Assembly (NCBI GenBank): GCA_947379755.1
Contig: CANCOC010000002.1
Coordinates: 35,169 to 99,168 of the forward strand
From: Alcaligenaceae bacterium
GTDB taxonomy: Bacteria > Pseudomonadota > Gammaproteobacteria > Burkholderiales > Burkholderiaceae_B
DNA: 64,000 nt
Reading direction: 5' to 3'
Under the pieces are notes generated by a model, which made no database searches, was not told where the DNA came from, and was given only the letters and a program-made list of their open reading frames with translations. Shown here piece after piece: positions 48,608 to 58,813 of this stretch. The position numbers and the translations under genes are program-made. The number at the start of each line of letters is the position of its first letter. Position 1 is the stretch's first letter.

Positions 48608-49069
48608 CTATGTCTCCACAAATCGGACTTCGGCTTCGAGCACACGCTTACTTTGTCTTGAGCCGTTATTCGCGAGCGTGACGTCGTAAAGCGTGACGCC
48701 ATCCAGTACTTCCAGGTAAGCTTGCAACGCAGACTGAAACACTTGCTTGAGCTGACACGCCGGGTTGAGTCTGCAAAGACTCGTCTCAGGGTCAAAGCAC
48801 TCCACCAGTCTGAAATCTGTTTCTGAGGCACGCACGACATCCCCGATCCGGATGGTGGACGGATCTTTCAACAAACGCAGTCCACCCCCACGCCCCCTCG
48901 TGGTTTCGAGCAAATTCTGGCGTGCCAGATCATTGACGATTTTCATCAAATGATTTTTAGACACCGCGTGGTGCTCGGCTAGCTCGCCAATGGTAATCAG
49001 CCTGTCTGTATGGGTCGCGCAGTACATCAGCACTCTCAAGGTGTAGTCGGTGTAGTCAGAAAGTCGCAT
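48608..49069 (-). CDS. nsrR: Rrf2-family NO-sensing regulator NsrR
   Basis: MRLSDYTDYTLRVL, RGRGGG and three Cys (VECF, LCRL, ACQL); start moved to ATG 49069. Confidence 0.88.
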   Translation of the reverse strand: MRLSDYTDYTLRVLMYCATHTDRLITIGELAEHHAVSKNHLMKIVNDLARQNLLETTRGRGGGLRLLKDPSTIRIGDVVRASETDFRLVECFDPETSLCRLNPACQLKQVFQSALQAYLEVLDGVTLYDVTLANNGSRQSKRVLEAEVRFVET

Positions 49070-49120
49070 AATCGCCTCAAAGATGCATACATTATATTGC
49101 TTTAAACAAAACCTTATATT

Positions 49121-49143
49121 AAGATGCATAAAAAATACATCTT
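49121..49143. promoter_or_regulatory. NsrR-binding site
   Basis: AAGATGCAT-aaaaa-ATACATCTT fits gATGyAT-N5-ATrCATc; a further half-site GATGCAT lies at 49082. Confidence 0.85.
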
Positions 49144-49226
49144 TAAATATATCGCACGCTTTCCATGCAATATCCGTGCGAAAAATCTAACGATCCAGTT
49201 CGTGCTCATTCACATCGGGTGTCTAT

Positions 49227-50438
49227 ATGTCGGTACAGATCAGTCCTGCGAATTCAACGGGTGCCAGGCCATCGCCTGCCCCCGCCACACACGGCGTAGC
49301 ATTCTTGCGACTGGGCTTTCGTCCGTTTTACTTTGGCGCAGCAGTGTTTGCCTGCCTGGCAATTCCCTTCTGGATCGCGCTTTTTCTGGGGCAGATCAAC
49401 GTCAGCCTGTCAGTGTCTCCATTGCTATGGCACGCACACGAGATGCTGTTTGGCTTTGCCGTCGCAGTCATTGTGGGCTTTTTGCTAACCGCGGCAAAAG
49501 CCTGGACGGGGATTGCCACGCCCAGGGGTGCTCTGCTCGGCGCGCTGGCGCTGCTGTGGGTCGCCGCGCGCATCACGGCAGTGGTTGGCCCCTACTCCCT
49601 GTATGCAGCGCTCGACATCGCACTCTTGCCAATTGTTGCCGCTATTCTGGCCAGCATCCTGATCCGGGCAAACAATCACCGCAACCTCCCTCTGGTCCTG
49701 ATCCTCGCATTGCTTGCAGTAGCTAACCTCGCATTTCACTTATCAGTGAGTGGCTTGATGGCTGCATCGCCCATGATCGCGTTGCATGCTGGTCTGGCTC
49801 TGATCGTCATGATTGAATGTGTGATGGCCGGGCGGGTCATTCCTGCATTTACTTCAGCCGTCACGCCAGGTTTAAAAATCGCCATGCGTCCCCGGCTTGA
49901 GCAGCTCACGCTAGGCGTCACCGGACTTGCACTGGTCCTATGGGTGTTTGCCCCCCCAGGTCCCGTTACGCTGTCTGCATGTGCAGTCGCCGCAGCTTTA
50001 CACCTTTATCGCCAGGCCCAATGGCATCCTTGGGGGACGCGCAGCCGTCCCATTCTCTGGATTTTGCACATTTCATATTTGTGGATCGCACCTGGCTTTG
50101 CATTGCTGGCGGTGTCTCAGACTGGCTGGATCAATCAGTCAGCAGGTTTGCATGCGCTGGCGATTGGCCTGACGGGCGGCCTGATTATCGGCATGATCAC
50201 CCGTACCGCCCGCGGTCACACGGGACGCACCCTGCGCGCCTCAACAAGTGAAATCCTGGCATATAGCCTGGTGGTGATGGCGGCCATTGTGCGCGTCGTC
50301 GTGCCACTGTTGACCCCGGGAGGGTATGTCCCTGCATTGATCGTGGCGGCCCTGGCCTGGTCTGTCGCCTTTGCCCTGTACCTGTTTGTCTTTACACCCT
50401 GGCTGTTCAGTACGCGCCTGGACGGCAAGGACGGCTGA
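49227..50438 (+). CDS. nnrS: NnrS family membrane protein
   Basis: GFRPFYF, WHAHEMLFGF, GFLLTA, GRVIPAFT and GMITRTARGHTGR motifs. Confidence 0.96.
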   Translation: MSVQISPANSTGARPSPAPATHGVAFLRLGFRPFYFGAAVFACLAIPFWIALFLGQINVSLSVSPLLWHAHEMLFGFAVAVIVGFLLTAAKAWTGIATPRGALLGALALLWVAARITAVVGPYSLYAALDIALLPIVAAILASILIRANNHRNLPLVLILALLAVANLAFHLSVSGLMAASPMIALHAGLALIVMIECVMAGRVIPAFTSAVTPGLKIAMRPRLEQLTLGVTGLALVLWVFAPPGPVTLSACAVAAALHLYRQAQWHPWGTRSRPILWILHISYLWIAPGFALLAVSQTGWINQSAGLHALAIGLTGGLIIGMITRTARGHTGRTLRASTSEILAYSLVVMAAIVRVVVPLLTPGGYVPALIVAALAWSVAFALYLFVFTPWLFSTRLDGKDG

Positions 50439-50504
50439 TCGCCCTTCACGTCATTCCATTGCACTGACTGCGCTAACCTTTTTTTACTCAACAGTTCGTG
50501 CTGT

Positions 50505-50699
50505 TCAGGTGAATCTTGCTGCGGCTAGAGGTTTAGGGAGGGGATCCCATCCCTCCCATTGCTCGCCGAATATTTCAGAGGGATGCTGCGTACGATCCGA
50601 TCCATTGCCACACATCATCGAGCCTGCCGGACAATACTTGTCGCATCCCCAGCAGACGCGTTCTGGGTGAACAGGATGGATCGGAAAGATTTTTTTCAT
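50505..50699 (-). CDS. DUF3079-type small Cys-rich protein
   Basis: FPIHPVHPERVCWGCDKYCPAGSMMCGNGSDRTQHP; TAATG overlap with nrdJ. Confidence 0.85.
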   Translation of the reverse strand: MKKIFPIHPVHPERVCWGCDKYCPAGSMMCGNGSDRTQHPSEIFGEQWEGWDPLPKPLAAARFT

Positions 50700-53092
50700 T
50701 ATCCACAGGTGCCAAGATGACCGCATGAGGTGCAGTAATCACAGCCATCTTTACGGATCATGGCGTGTGCACCACACTCAGGGCACCTCTTACCAGCCAT
50801 CACACCCGATTGATCCGCAGGGCTGTCAGTTGTTGATAGTGTCTGATGCAGGTGAGTCGGCTGGCTCGTGCGCTGCGCAATAATGTTCTGTATTGCATAC
50901 GCCATGGCGGCCACCTCTGATTCATGCCAGAGCGGGACCTGTGTTCCATCGGGCTTTGTATGCATCCCCAGGCGAACAGGTCCACGATCCCAGGCGACTT
51001 TTCGCATATCACCCAGCGCACGATCCAGAAAACCACCGCGTGCAGCAAGAGAAAGCATACGCATGCTGGAGGTAATCCATTGCTGCGACTCACCACTTTG
51101 CCCGACCGGCATAAAGAACTCAATTGCGCGCTCGACTGTACCGGTACCGTCAGGTGTCGCAATCGGCAAAAACGATACGATGAGATAAAGCGTTTTCAAG
51201 CCTTCCTGCGTGAAATACTCGATTTTTTCTGCAACTGCCGACAAGGCACCCTTGGGCCGGGACTCGATCACAGTGCGCATCGGATTAAGCAATGGCAAGT
51301 CCGTCTCAGTTTGAGGCTCGACAGGCTCACTGGCAGAAAGGACAGAACCAAGAATCATATTGGGCCTGTAGGTGGCCAGCCCCTTGAGCTGTGCTTTCCA
51401 TGCCTGCATGTACAGCACTTTAAAATCGGCATAGGGATAGTCTGCCGGCACATTCACGGTCTTTGATATTGCGGTGTCCACAAATGGCTGTACAACCTGC
51501 ATCATGGCAATATGATCGGCGGCAGCCATATCCAGGGCAGACACAAAATAATCTGGCAACTGTTCAACATTGCCACCGAGTTCACGATACAGTCGCCAGG
51601 CGTGATCCTCGACCGAATACTCCCGTGTGCTACCGTCAGCTTCACGTTTTTTACGTCGGTAGCTCCATGAAAATGGTGGTTCGATTCCGTTCGAAGCATT
51701 GTCTGCAAAGGCAAGACTCACCGTGCCTGTTGGGGCGATTGAAATGAGATGGCTATTGCGAATGCCATGCTCACGAATCGCAAGCTGAATATCTTCAGGA
51801 AGCCTGCTGGCAAACGTGCCAGCGCCGAGATACTCATCAGCCTTGAATAATGGAAAAGCACCCTTTTCTTTAGCAAGTGCGACAGAAGCAAGGTAAGCAG
51901 TATCGCGCATACATTCTGCAATCTGCGCCGCCATCTCACGTCCGTCATGATGGTCGTAGCGCAAGCAAAGCATGGCGAGCGTATTGCCAAGGCCCGTAAA
52001 GCCCACACCGATCCGCCGCTTGGCCTCGGCCTGTTCTTTTTGCTGGGGTAAGGGCCAGAACGTCAGAGCCAGCACGTTATCCAGCGCACGCACCTGCAAG
52101 GCCACCGCCAGCCGGAACGCCTGAAAATCAAAACTGGGCAAACCCGCGAACCCGAACGGATGATGTACAAATCGAGTCAGAATAATGGGACCCAGGTCAC
52201 AGCATCCATAGGCTGGCAGTGGCTGCTCGCCGCATGGATTGGTCGCCTCAATCTGTTCACAGTCGCGCAGATTATTGTCCCGATTCATATTATCGATGAA
52301 CAGGATGCCGGGTTCAGCAAAATCGTACGCCGACTGCATGACTGTATTCCATAAGTCCTGAGCGGGGATGCTGCGATAGACCCACTTGCCATCACCACGC
52401 TTGAACGCACCGGCTTCAATTAGGTCATTGCAGGGCATGGCCGAATGTGAGAGCTCCCAGTCTGAATTATTTTGTACGGCTGCCATAAAGGCATCGGTCA
52501 CCGCGACTGAAACATTAAAATTGTTCCAGCGCCCGTGTGTACGTTTTGCGGTAATGAATTCCAGCACATCAGGGTGATCAATGCGCAACACGCCCATTTG
52601 AGCGCCACGCCGTGCGCCAGCACTCTCAACCGTTGAGCAGGACTGATCAAATACGTTGATATAACTGCAGGGCCCAGAGGCAATCGAAGCCGTCCCGCGG
52701 ACATTTGCACCTTTAGGCCTGATTCGGGAAAAGTCATAACCGACACCACCACCGCGTCGCATCGTTTCTGCGGCTTCGCGCAGCGCTTCATAGATACCGG
52801 GATAATTATTTTCATCCATGCCCTGGATGCAGTCACCGACAGGCTGGACAAAGCAGTTGATCAGCGTGGCCTGTATCTCCGTGCCGGCAGCACTCATGAT
52901 ACGACCGGCCCCGATCGCGCCGTTTTGCAGGTTTAATAAAAAACGAGCTTCCCATATCTTTTGATCGACGGGTTCGACGGAGGCGAAGGCGCGGGCAACT
53001 CGTTGATATATATCTTCTGCACAATGCTCGCCTGCTTTCAGATATTTTTCAGCCAGTACGTCCTGACTGATTGGCTGGGTCATCTGCTTCAT
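50699..53092 (-). CDS. nrdJ: Class II (adenosylcobalamin-dependent) ribonucleotide reductase
   Basis: LINCFV, RRGGGVG, ATNPCGEQPL...CCDLG, IAPTGTVS, C-terminal Zn-ribbon CPEC...CDYCTSC. Confidence 0.95.
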   Translation of the reverse strand: MKQMTQPISQDVLAEKYLKAGEHCAEDIYQRVARAFASVEPVDQKIWEARFLLNLQNGAIGAGRIMSAAGTEIQATLINCFVQPVGDCIQGMDENNYPGIYEALREAAETMRRGGGVGYDFSRIRPKGANVRGTASIASGPCSYINVFDQSCSTVESAGARRGAQMGVLRIDHPDVLEFITAKRTHGRWNNFNVSVAVTDAFMAAVQNNSDWELSHSAMPCNDLIEAGAFKRGDGKWVYRSIPAQDLWNTVMQSAYDFAEPGILFIDNMNRDNNLRDCEQIEATNPCGEQPLPAYGCCDLGPIILTRFVHHPFGFAGLPSFDFQAFRLAVALQVRALDNVLALTFWPLPQQKEQAEAKRRIGVGFTGLGNTLAMLCLRYDHHDGREMAAQIAECMRDTAYLASVALAKEKGAFPLFKADEYLGAGTFASRLPEDIQLAIREHGIRNSHLISIAPTGTVSLAFADNASNGIEPPFSWSYRRKKREADGSTREYSVEDHAWRLYRELGGNVEQLPDYFVSALDMAAADHIAMMQVVQPFVDTAISKTVNVPADYPYADFKVLYMQAWKAQLKGLATYRPNMILGSVLSASEPVEPQTETDLPLLNPMRTVIESRPKGALSAVAEKIEYFTQEGLKTLYLIVSFLPIATPDGTGTVERAIEFFMPVGQSGESQQWITSSMRMLSLAARGGFLDRALGDMRKVAWDRGPVRLGMHTKPDGTQVPLWHESEVAAMAYAIQNIIAQRTSQPTHLHQTLSTTDSPADQSGVMAGKRCPECGAHAMIRKDGCDYCTSCGHLGTCG

Positions 53093-53136
53093 ACATTCCC
53101 TTCATGCGTTCGGTGCGTCGAAATGACACGAAAACA

Positions 53137-53178
53137 AGTCTAGGGTTTGAAGCCTGCCTGGTTATTGTTTTTTATCAA
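53137..53178 (-). promoter_or_regulatory. Class II FNR-type promoter of nrdJ
   Basis: TTGTT-N4-ATCAA (53165-53178). Placing its centre at -41.5 puts TAGACT (53142-53137) exactly at -12..-7. Confidence 0.7.
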
Positions 53179-53349
53179 TCAAGGCGCATCTTGTTTGATT
53201 AACATTGTAAGTACAAGGGGAATAGCAGACGCTGCGATCAGCGCTCACAAATGCGAGTAATGACGGGGAAATATTTTGAAAACTACCAGAACATGAAGCA
53301 CGCCCTGGTAGTTGCTTTGCGAGTCAATTTCTAGTGACCTGACAAACAG

Positions 53350-54447
53350 CTAGCGACGCAACTGACGGTTGATCGCCGTGTCGTAAGCATATTCAGACAC
53401 CTGATTCCAGAGTGCAGCGTCCTTCTGGAAAGCTTTCTGGCTGTCATAGATTTTCTTGAAGCCGGGATTGGCAGCAGAGATTTCGTCGTACAGTTTCATG
53501 GCCTCGGTGTACGCGGCATCAACGATTGCGTTAGGGAAGGCATGCAGTTTGACGCCCTGCCCGACCAGTCTGCGCAGAGCTGGCGGATTCAATACATCAT
53601 ACTGGGCAATGCTATCGATGTTGGCATAGGCTGCAGCGGAACGGACCGCCGCCTGATAATGCCTGGGGAGCGCATTCCAGGCTTCGTTGCCCATGAAGAA
53701 ATGCTGCAGCGAGGTGCCATCCCAGAATCCCGGATAATAATAATGCGGGGCCACTTTATACAGCCCAAGCTTTTCATCGTCGAACGGCCCATTGAATTCA
53801 GCCGCATCGATAATGCCGCGTTCAAGTGAGGGATAGATATCGGCCGCACCAATCTGCTGTGCAACCACACCCAGTTTGGCCAGGACCTGACCACCGAGCC
53901 CTGAAATCCTGAACTTCAAGCCCTTCAGATCTTCGAGCGTCTTGATTTCTTTACGAAACCACCCTCCCATCTGCGTCGTGGTGTTGCCACCTGGCAAGGC
54001 AATGACATTGTATTTTTCAAAAAAAGTATCCAGTAATTCCTTGCCTTCCCCCCTGAAGGCCCAGGCCGTCTGCTGACGGGTATTGAGCATAAAAGGTGCG
54101 TGGGTTGCCAGCGCAAAGGCGGGATCTTTACCTGCGTAATAGTATGCGGCGGTGTGGCACATCTCGACGGATTTATTGGATACCGCGTCAAAGGCTTGCA
54201 AGCCCGGCACGACTTCGCCCGCTGCATAGACCTGAATCTGAAACTTATTGTCGGTTGCCTCAGCGACGGCTTTGGCCATCACCGTTGCGCAGCCAAACAG
54301 GACCTCGAGGTTTTTGGGAAAACTCGATACGCATCTCCATTTAATCGTGGGACTGGACTGCGCAACAGCGGGTGCGGCTACAACGGCCAGTCCTGCAGCC
54401 GCCGAGCCTGCCACGGACTGCGTCAAAAACTTACGTCTTGTTGTCAT
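53350..54447 (-). CDS. Tat-exported TRAP substrate-binding protein (DctP/TakP type, orphan)
   Basis: TRRKFL signal; WRCVSSFPK, QMGGWFRKEI and LERGIIDAAEF motifs. Confidence 0.93.
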   Translation of the reverse strand: MTTRRKFLTQSVAGSAAAGLAVVAAPAVAQSSPTIKWRCVSSFPKNLEVLFGCATVMAKAVAEATDNKFQIQVYAAGEVVPGLQAFDAVSNKSVEMCHTAAYYYAGKDPAFALATHAPFMLNTRQQTAWAFRGEGKELLDTFFEKYNVIALPGGNTTTQMGGWFRKEIKTLEDLKGLKFRISGLGGQVLAKLGVVAQQIGAADIYPSLERGIIDAAEFNGPFDDEKLGLYKVAPHYYYPGFWDGTSLQHFFMGNEAWNALPRHYQAAVRSAAAYANIDSIAQYDVLNPPALRRLVGQGVKLHAFPNAIVDAAYTEAMKLYDEISAANPGFKKIYDSQKAFQKDAALWNQVSEYAYDTAINRQLRR

Positions 54448-54491
54448 GTCACTCCTCCTGTTATTCCGCCTCGTCGGGCCGGATATATTTT

Positions 54492-55484
54492 TTAAATCAG
54501 ACTTCTGTTTAACCCTCTTAAAATCGGCAATATCGCATCAATCGCAGGACAAGCCACACCTGACTCACGCGCAAGTGCCTGCACCTGACCCACAATCGCC
54601 TCAACCTCCAGTGGTCTGCCGGCCAGTACGTCCTGCAACATAGACGGTCTGAGGCCTCGCACAGGCGCAGTGCCTGCCTCAGCCCCTCCCCGGCGCAACT
54701 GTTCGCGTGCAGCGCTGAGCTGCTGGCTCACATCCGAGCCCTGACTACGCGCCACCACAACAATATCTTCGACCAGCGCCTCGGCCTGTGCCAGGAGCTC
54801 AGGGTCAGCGGCCAGGCCATCGACAGGGAGTCGCGTCAGCGCACACAGGGAGTTGATTGAGGCGTTGCGCAAAAGTTTGGCCCAAATCTCCTTACGCAGA
54901 TCCGGACTGGCTTCGGCATGGATGCCCGCCTGGCGCAACACCTCAACCGTTGCCTGCAGGCGAGCGCTGAGCATGCCGTCAGGCTCACCAAGTACCCAGC
55001 GATTATTGCCAAGATGGCGAACCGTACCAGGAGCAATCACTTCATTTGCTGAATACACGACGCACCCCAGCACACGCTCAGGGGTCAGGTCATTCCACAA
55101 ACGGCCCTCTGGATCAAGAAGAGAGAGTGCTGCTGGCTCAGCCGTGCCATGCTTCCACCACCAGGGCACACCATTGGCGGCAAAAATTGCATGACCAGTC
55201 GCGCCCACAAGGTGACGCACCTCTTTGGCAATCGCTGGCTGCGCACCGACTTTAACTGTCACAAAGGTGAAATCCTGTTCTGGTAACTCCAGAGCATTGC
55301 CCGTCACTCTGGCAGGATGTACTGTGATGGTTTCGCTAGGCGTATGCAGACGCACACCATCGCGCTCGATGGCTAGTTTTTGAGCGCCGCGCGCAACCAC
55401 CGACAATTCAACGTGTCCAGCCTGTCCCAGGCGGCCTGCCAGATAGCCCCCTACGGCTCCTGCACCAAAAATACAAACTCTCAA
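54492..55484 (-). CDS. Ketopantoate reductase (PanE/ApbA) family 2-oxoacid reductase
   Basis: GAGAVGG, NGVPWW, WAKLLRN and SMLQDVLAGRPLEVEAI motifs. Confidence 0.9.
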   Translation of the reverse strand: MRVCIFGAGAVGGYLAGRLGQAGHVELSVVARGAQKLAIERDGVRLHTPSETITVHPARVTGNALELPEQDFTFVTVKVGAQPAIAKEVRHLVGATGHAIFAANGVPWWWKHGTAEPAALSLLDPEGRLWNDLTPERVLGCVVYSANEVIAPGTVRHLGNNRWVLGEPDGMLSARLQATVEVLRQAGIHAEASPDLRKEIWAKLLRNASINSLCALTRLPVDGLAADPELLAQAEALVEDIVVVARSQGSDVSQQLSAAREQLRRGGAEAGTAPVRGLRPSMLQDVLAGRPLEVEAIVGQVQALARESGVACPAIDAILPILRGLNRSLI

Positions 55485-55653
55485 TTTGTCTCCTGCTCAG
55501 GCACGGATATCTGCTTGTACAGACCCCATGCTCAAATTTTTACGTCCGGCAATTCAACCGTTTGATACATCCTACATTAAAACTATCTTAAAACCAAAAG
55601 TTCACAACCGCATAAGAGTTTCGTGACACGCGCACACACTGATCAATCATTTT

Positions 55654-56529
55654 TTATTCCACCACCAGTGCAACCTGCATGGCTTCTCGTAACGCCTGCA
55701 AGGCGCGGCTATCGTCGTCTGGCTTACGTGTCACAAGTGACAGCTGTAGAATGGGTGCAACAGAGCCCAGGCGCACGACCCGCACCGGATAATTCTGCAG
55801 CAGGACAGGACTCGCAACCTGGACAATTGAAATCCCAAGGCCCGCACTCACCATCGCGACAATTGCAGAAGCGCTATCAAACTCTAGTTTGCTTCTGATT
55901 TCCCCCACATGCTCCGTGACAAATTTCGAGGCGAGACCACCTGTTACCGTCCCGCGGTCGTACTTGATCCATTCATATTTTTTAAATAAATCAACGATTG
56001 ACCTCTCGGTCGCAAAGGGCGGTGCAACCAGGATCAGCTCGCGTCTGAGCATCGGTGTCCAGCGCAAGCGCGTGGAGCCCCCACCCTCTGGTTCAGCCAC
56101 CAGTGCAGCATCGAGCTCACCTGCGTTGACATCTGCCGTCAGTCCGCGACTTCGGCCGCGCGCAGGATTCAACTCCAGTTTTGGGTAGTGTTCGCGCAAA
56201 TAATGCATCGTACCTGGCAGGACAACCGGCTGCATGGACTCGATTACCCCCAGGCGCAAGACGCCCTCGACAACAACGGTGGTGCGTTTTCTCAGCAGCT
56301 CGAGTTCCCTGCGCGGGCCTCGCATCAACTCAGTCACTTCGTGGGCAAAGGCCGTCGGGCGCGCTTGCTGCCCCGACCGGTCAAAGAGAGGCTGACCCAA
56401 ATACTTTTCCAGTTGCTTCATTTGCATGCTGACAGCACTCGGAGTCACGCAGCGCTCAATCGCAGCGGCGGCAAACGTCCCACCGCGCAAGACGGCATCG
56501 AGCGTTGCAAACGCATCAATCTTCATCAA
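55654..56529 (-). CDS. LysR-family regulator
   Basis: GTFAAAAIERCVTPSAVSMQMKQLE HTH. Confidence 0.93.
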   Translation of the reverse strand: MMKIDAFATLDAVLRGGTFAAAAIERCVTPSAVSMQMKQLEKYLGQPLFDRSGQQARPTAFAHEVTELMRGPRRELELLRKRTTVVVEGVLRLGVIESMQPVVLPGTMHYLREHYPKLELNPARGRSRGLTADVNAGELDAALVAEPEGGGSTRLRWTPMLRRELILVAPPFATERSIVDLFKKYEWIKYDRGTVTGGLASKFVTEHVGEIRSKLEFDSASAIVAMVSAGLGISIVQVASPVLLQNYPVRVVRLGSVAPILQLSLVTRKPDDDSRALQALREAMQVALVVE

Positions 56530-56542
56530 TTTTCCTTATGAA
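56522..56542. promoter_or_regulatory. Putative LysR T-N11-A box over the LysR start
   Basis: TTCAT-N11-ATGAA dyad in the divergent LysR/TauD region. Confidence 0.5.
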
Positions 56543-56623
56543 AGAAATCAAATAGATTCACTATTTATTATGTTTATTGATGCCTAGAATGTGGCTCGCC
56601 TATTTTTTTACGGAGATCGTTTA

Positions 56624-57769
56624 ATGAGCCCTACCGAAATGTCATTTGGACCGCGTGCATGGACAGCACAGGATGTACGCAACGACACCTCGTGGATTCA
56701 GCGACTCTCCAGCGAAGAAGTATACGGCGTACGCGCAGCGCTGACTCATGCAAAAAAGCTGTGCAAACCCTTGCTTGAAATGGAGCAGGCGGACTTCCCG
56801 CTGAATGACGCCGCACGCCAAGCCCTGGACCGGGCGATCGCTGTGACGCAAGGCCGCTGGGGCATGTGCCTGTTAAAGGGCTTTCCTGTCGACGAATGGA
56901 GCGAAGCAGACACTAAACTCGCATACTGGGGGCTGTCACTCTATATGGGTGTTGGCCGGACGCAAAACCGGGCCAGCCAGGTCATGAATGACGTTCGCGA
57001 CGAGGGCGGCAGCTACAAGGTCAAGGGCGGACGCGGCTACAACACGAATGCCCAGCTTGATTTCCACCAGGACTCCTGCGACGTGGTGGCCTTGCTGTGC
57101 CGGCGCACGGCAAAATCTGGAGGCACGAGCAAAGTCATCAGCACAATCGCCCTGCGCGACGAAGTCCAGCGACTCAGGCCAGATCTGATTCCCGTCCTGC
57201 AACAACCATTTTTTCATAGCTACCAGGGCACGCAGGATCCGATTCAGCCTCCCTATTATCGTTGCCCGATATTTGGCAGTGATCCAGAGTTTTTTAGCGC
57301 GCGCGCCAATCGTAAAAACACTGTTGCAGTGCAGCGTGACTTCCCGGAAGTCCCCCGACTGACCCAGTCACAGGAAGAAGCACTGGATTTACTTGACCAA
57401 CTGATGCCAAGTGAATTGCTGTGCTTTTCGATGGAGCTTGAGCGTGGCGATATGCAGCTGCTCAATAACTACGTCACCCTGCACTCCAGGACCTCGTTTG
57501 AAGACTTCGAAGAACACGACCAAAAACGCCACCTGCTCAGACTATGGCTCTCCATTCCAACGTCACAGCCGCTGCCCGCAGACTGGGAAGAGTACTACGG
57601 CGATGTCCGCAGTGGCTCGGTCCGTGGCGGCGTGCGAGGCAGCTCGATCACAGAGGAGTTTCTCACCTATGAAAGAAGACAAGCTGAGGCAATGAATATG
57701 CTTCACAGAGAATGGTCTCCTCTCATTCGCAAAGAAGACATGGAAGTCATCATCAGTGCCTTGAGCTGA
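56624..57769 (+). CDS. TauD/TfdA (clavaminate-synthase-like) Fe(II)/2-oxoglutarate dioxygenase
   Basis: HxD motif in FHQDSCD, distal His/Arg in NNYVTLHSRT and RHLLRLW; start moved to ATG 56624. Confidence 0.9.
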   Translation: MSPTEMSFGPRAWTAQDVRNDTSWIQRLSSEEVYGVRAALTHAKKLCKPLLEMEQADFPLNDAARQALDRAIAVTQGRWGMCLLKGFPVDEWSEADTKLAYWGLSLYMGVGRTQNRASQVMNDVRDEGGSYKVKGGRGYNTNAQLDFHQDSCDVVALLCRRTAKSGGTSKVISTIALRDEVQRLRPDLIPVLQQPFFHSYQGTQDPIQPPYYRCPIFGSDPEFFSARANRKNTVAVQRDFPEVPRLTQSQEEALDLLDQLMPSELLCFSMELERGDMQLLNNYVTLHSRTSFEDFEEHDQKRHLLRLWLSIPTSQPLPADWEEYYGDVRSGSVRGGVRGSSITEEFLTYERRQAEAMNMLHREWSPLIRKEDMEVIISALS

Positions 57770-57793
57770 TCGCAGACTTTTTAGAGACAAAAA

Positions 57794-58756
57794 ATGATTG
57801 AACGACGTAAATTTCTATCTTTGCTGGGGGGTGCCTGTGTACTCGGCCCCTTTGGCGCAAGTGCACAGCAGCCAGCGGTCACCCGTATGCTTGTCGGGGC
57901 GACTCCCGGAGGCAGTACGGATATCGTCGCCCGGGGACTGGCTAATGAGATGTCCAGGCTGACTGGACGCCAGATGGTAGTTGAAAACCGACCGGGTGCC
58001 GCAGGCAATATTGCAGCACAGCTGACCGCCAATGCTGCGCCCGACGGTGGCACACTCCTGATCAGTTATACCAGTCACGTGATTAACCCTTCGCTCTACC
58101 CCTCACTGCCCTTTGATCCCATCAATGATTTCACCCCCCTGTGCGGGCTTGCAAGCTCTCCGGCCATACTGGTCGCACGCCCGTCGTTCAAGGCCAACCG
58201 TATTGATGAACTGATTGCTCTGGCAAAAGCACAACCCGGCAAACTTAATATTGCAATCGCGGGCATCGGGAGCGCCAATCATCTGGCTGGCGAAATGCTC
58301 AAAAAAGATGCCGGTATCGATATTGTGAGTGTTTCGTACAAAGGGACAGGGCCAGCCCTCACCGATGTGGTTGCCGGACACATTGATCTGGCCTTTGCCG
58401 GAGTCGCGACGGTGCAGGAGCTCATCAAAGCCGGCAAACTCAAAGCACTTGCCGTCACGAGCAACGTGCGCCTGCAAGCCTATCCGGAGGTTCCCACCAT
58501 TGCTGAAGTCATTCCTGGCTACGCCTACAGCTCTTGGTATGGGTTGTTTGGTCCGGCCCACATGCAAGCACAGGTGCAGGCGTATTTTTCCAACGCGGCA
58601 CAACAAGCCTTACGTACAGAAACTCTGCATAACAGATTTATCAGCGAAGGTCTGGTTCCGATGAGCCTGGATCAGCAAGCTTTTGAGACCTTCGTCAAAG
58701 ATGAAATAGAGCGCTGGAAAAAAGTTGTCATTGCGACCGGTACAAAAGCCGAGTAA
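57794..58756 (+). CDS. Bug/TctC family receptor
   Basis: RRKFL leader; VGATPGGSTD and VENRPGAAG motifs. Confidence 0.93.
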   Translation: MIERRKFLSLLGGACVLGPFGASAQQPAVTRMLVGATPGGSTDIVARGLANEMSRLTGRQMVVENRPGAAGNIAAQLTANAAPDGGTLLISYTSHVINPSLYPSLPFDPINDFTPLCGLASSPAILVARPSFKANRIDELIALAKAQPGKLNIAIAGIGSANHLAGEMLKKDAGIDIVSVSYKGTGPALTDVVAGHIDLAFAGVATVQELIKAGKLKALAVTSNVRLQAYPEVPTIAEVIPGYAYSSWYGLFGPAHMQAQVQAYFSNAAQQALRTETLHNRFISEGLVPMSLDQQAFETFVKDEIERWKKVVIATGTKAE

Positions 58757-58813
58757 AACCCATCCAGCACGACGCTCTGCGGTATATACAAAAACAATTC
58801 AAGGACAAAGACT

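Noticed and set aside
48547-48840. Long 5' extension of serA (ORF 47305-48840) overlapping nsrR
   Set aside because: There is no SerA similarity before MNQTT, and it overlaps the nsrR coding sequence in another frame.
53125-53150. Possible NrdR box upstream of nrdJ
   Set aside because: It does not fit the acaCwAtATaTwGtg spacing; the segment is better explained as the -10 element.
55499-55516. GGCAC...TGCT sigma-54-like sequence
   Set aside because: The GG-GC spacing is 13 rather than 12, and it points away from the adjacent minus-strand gene.
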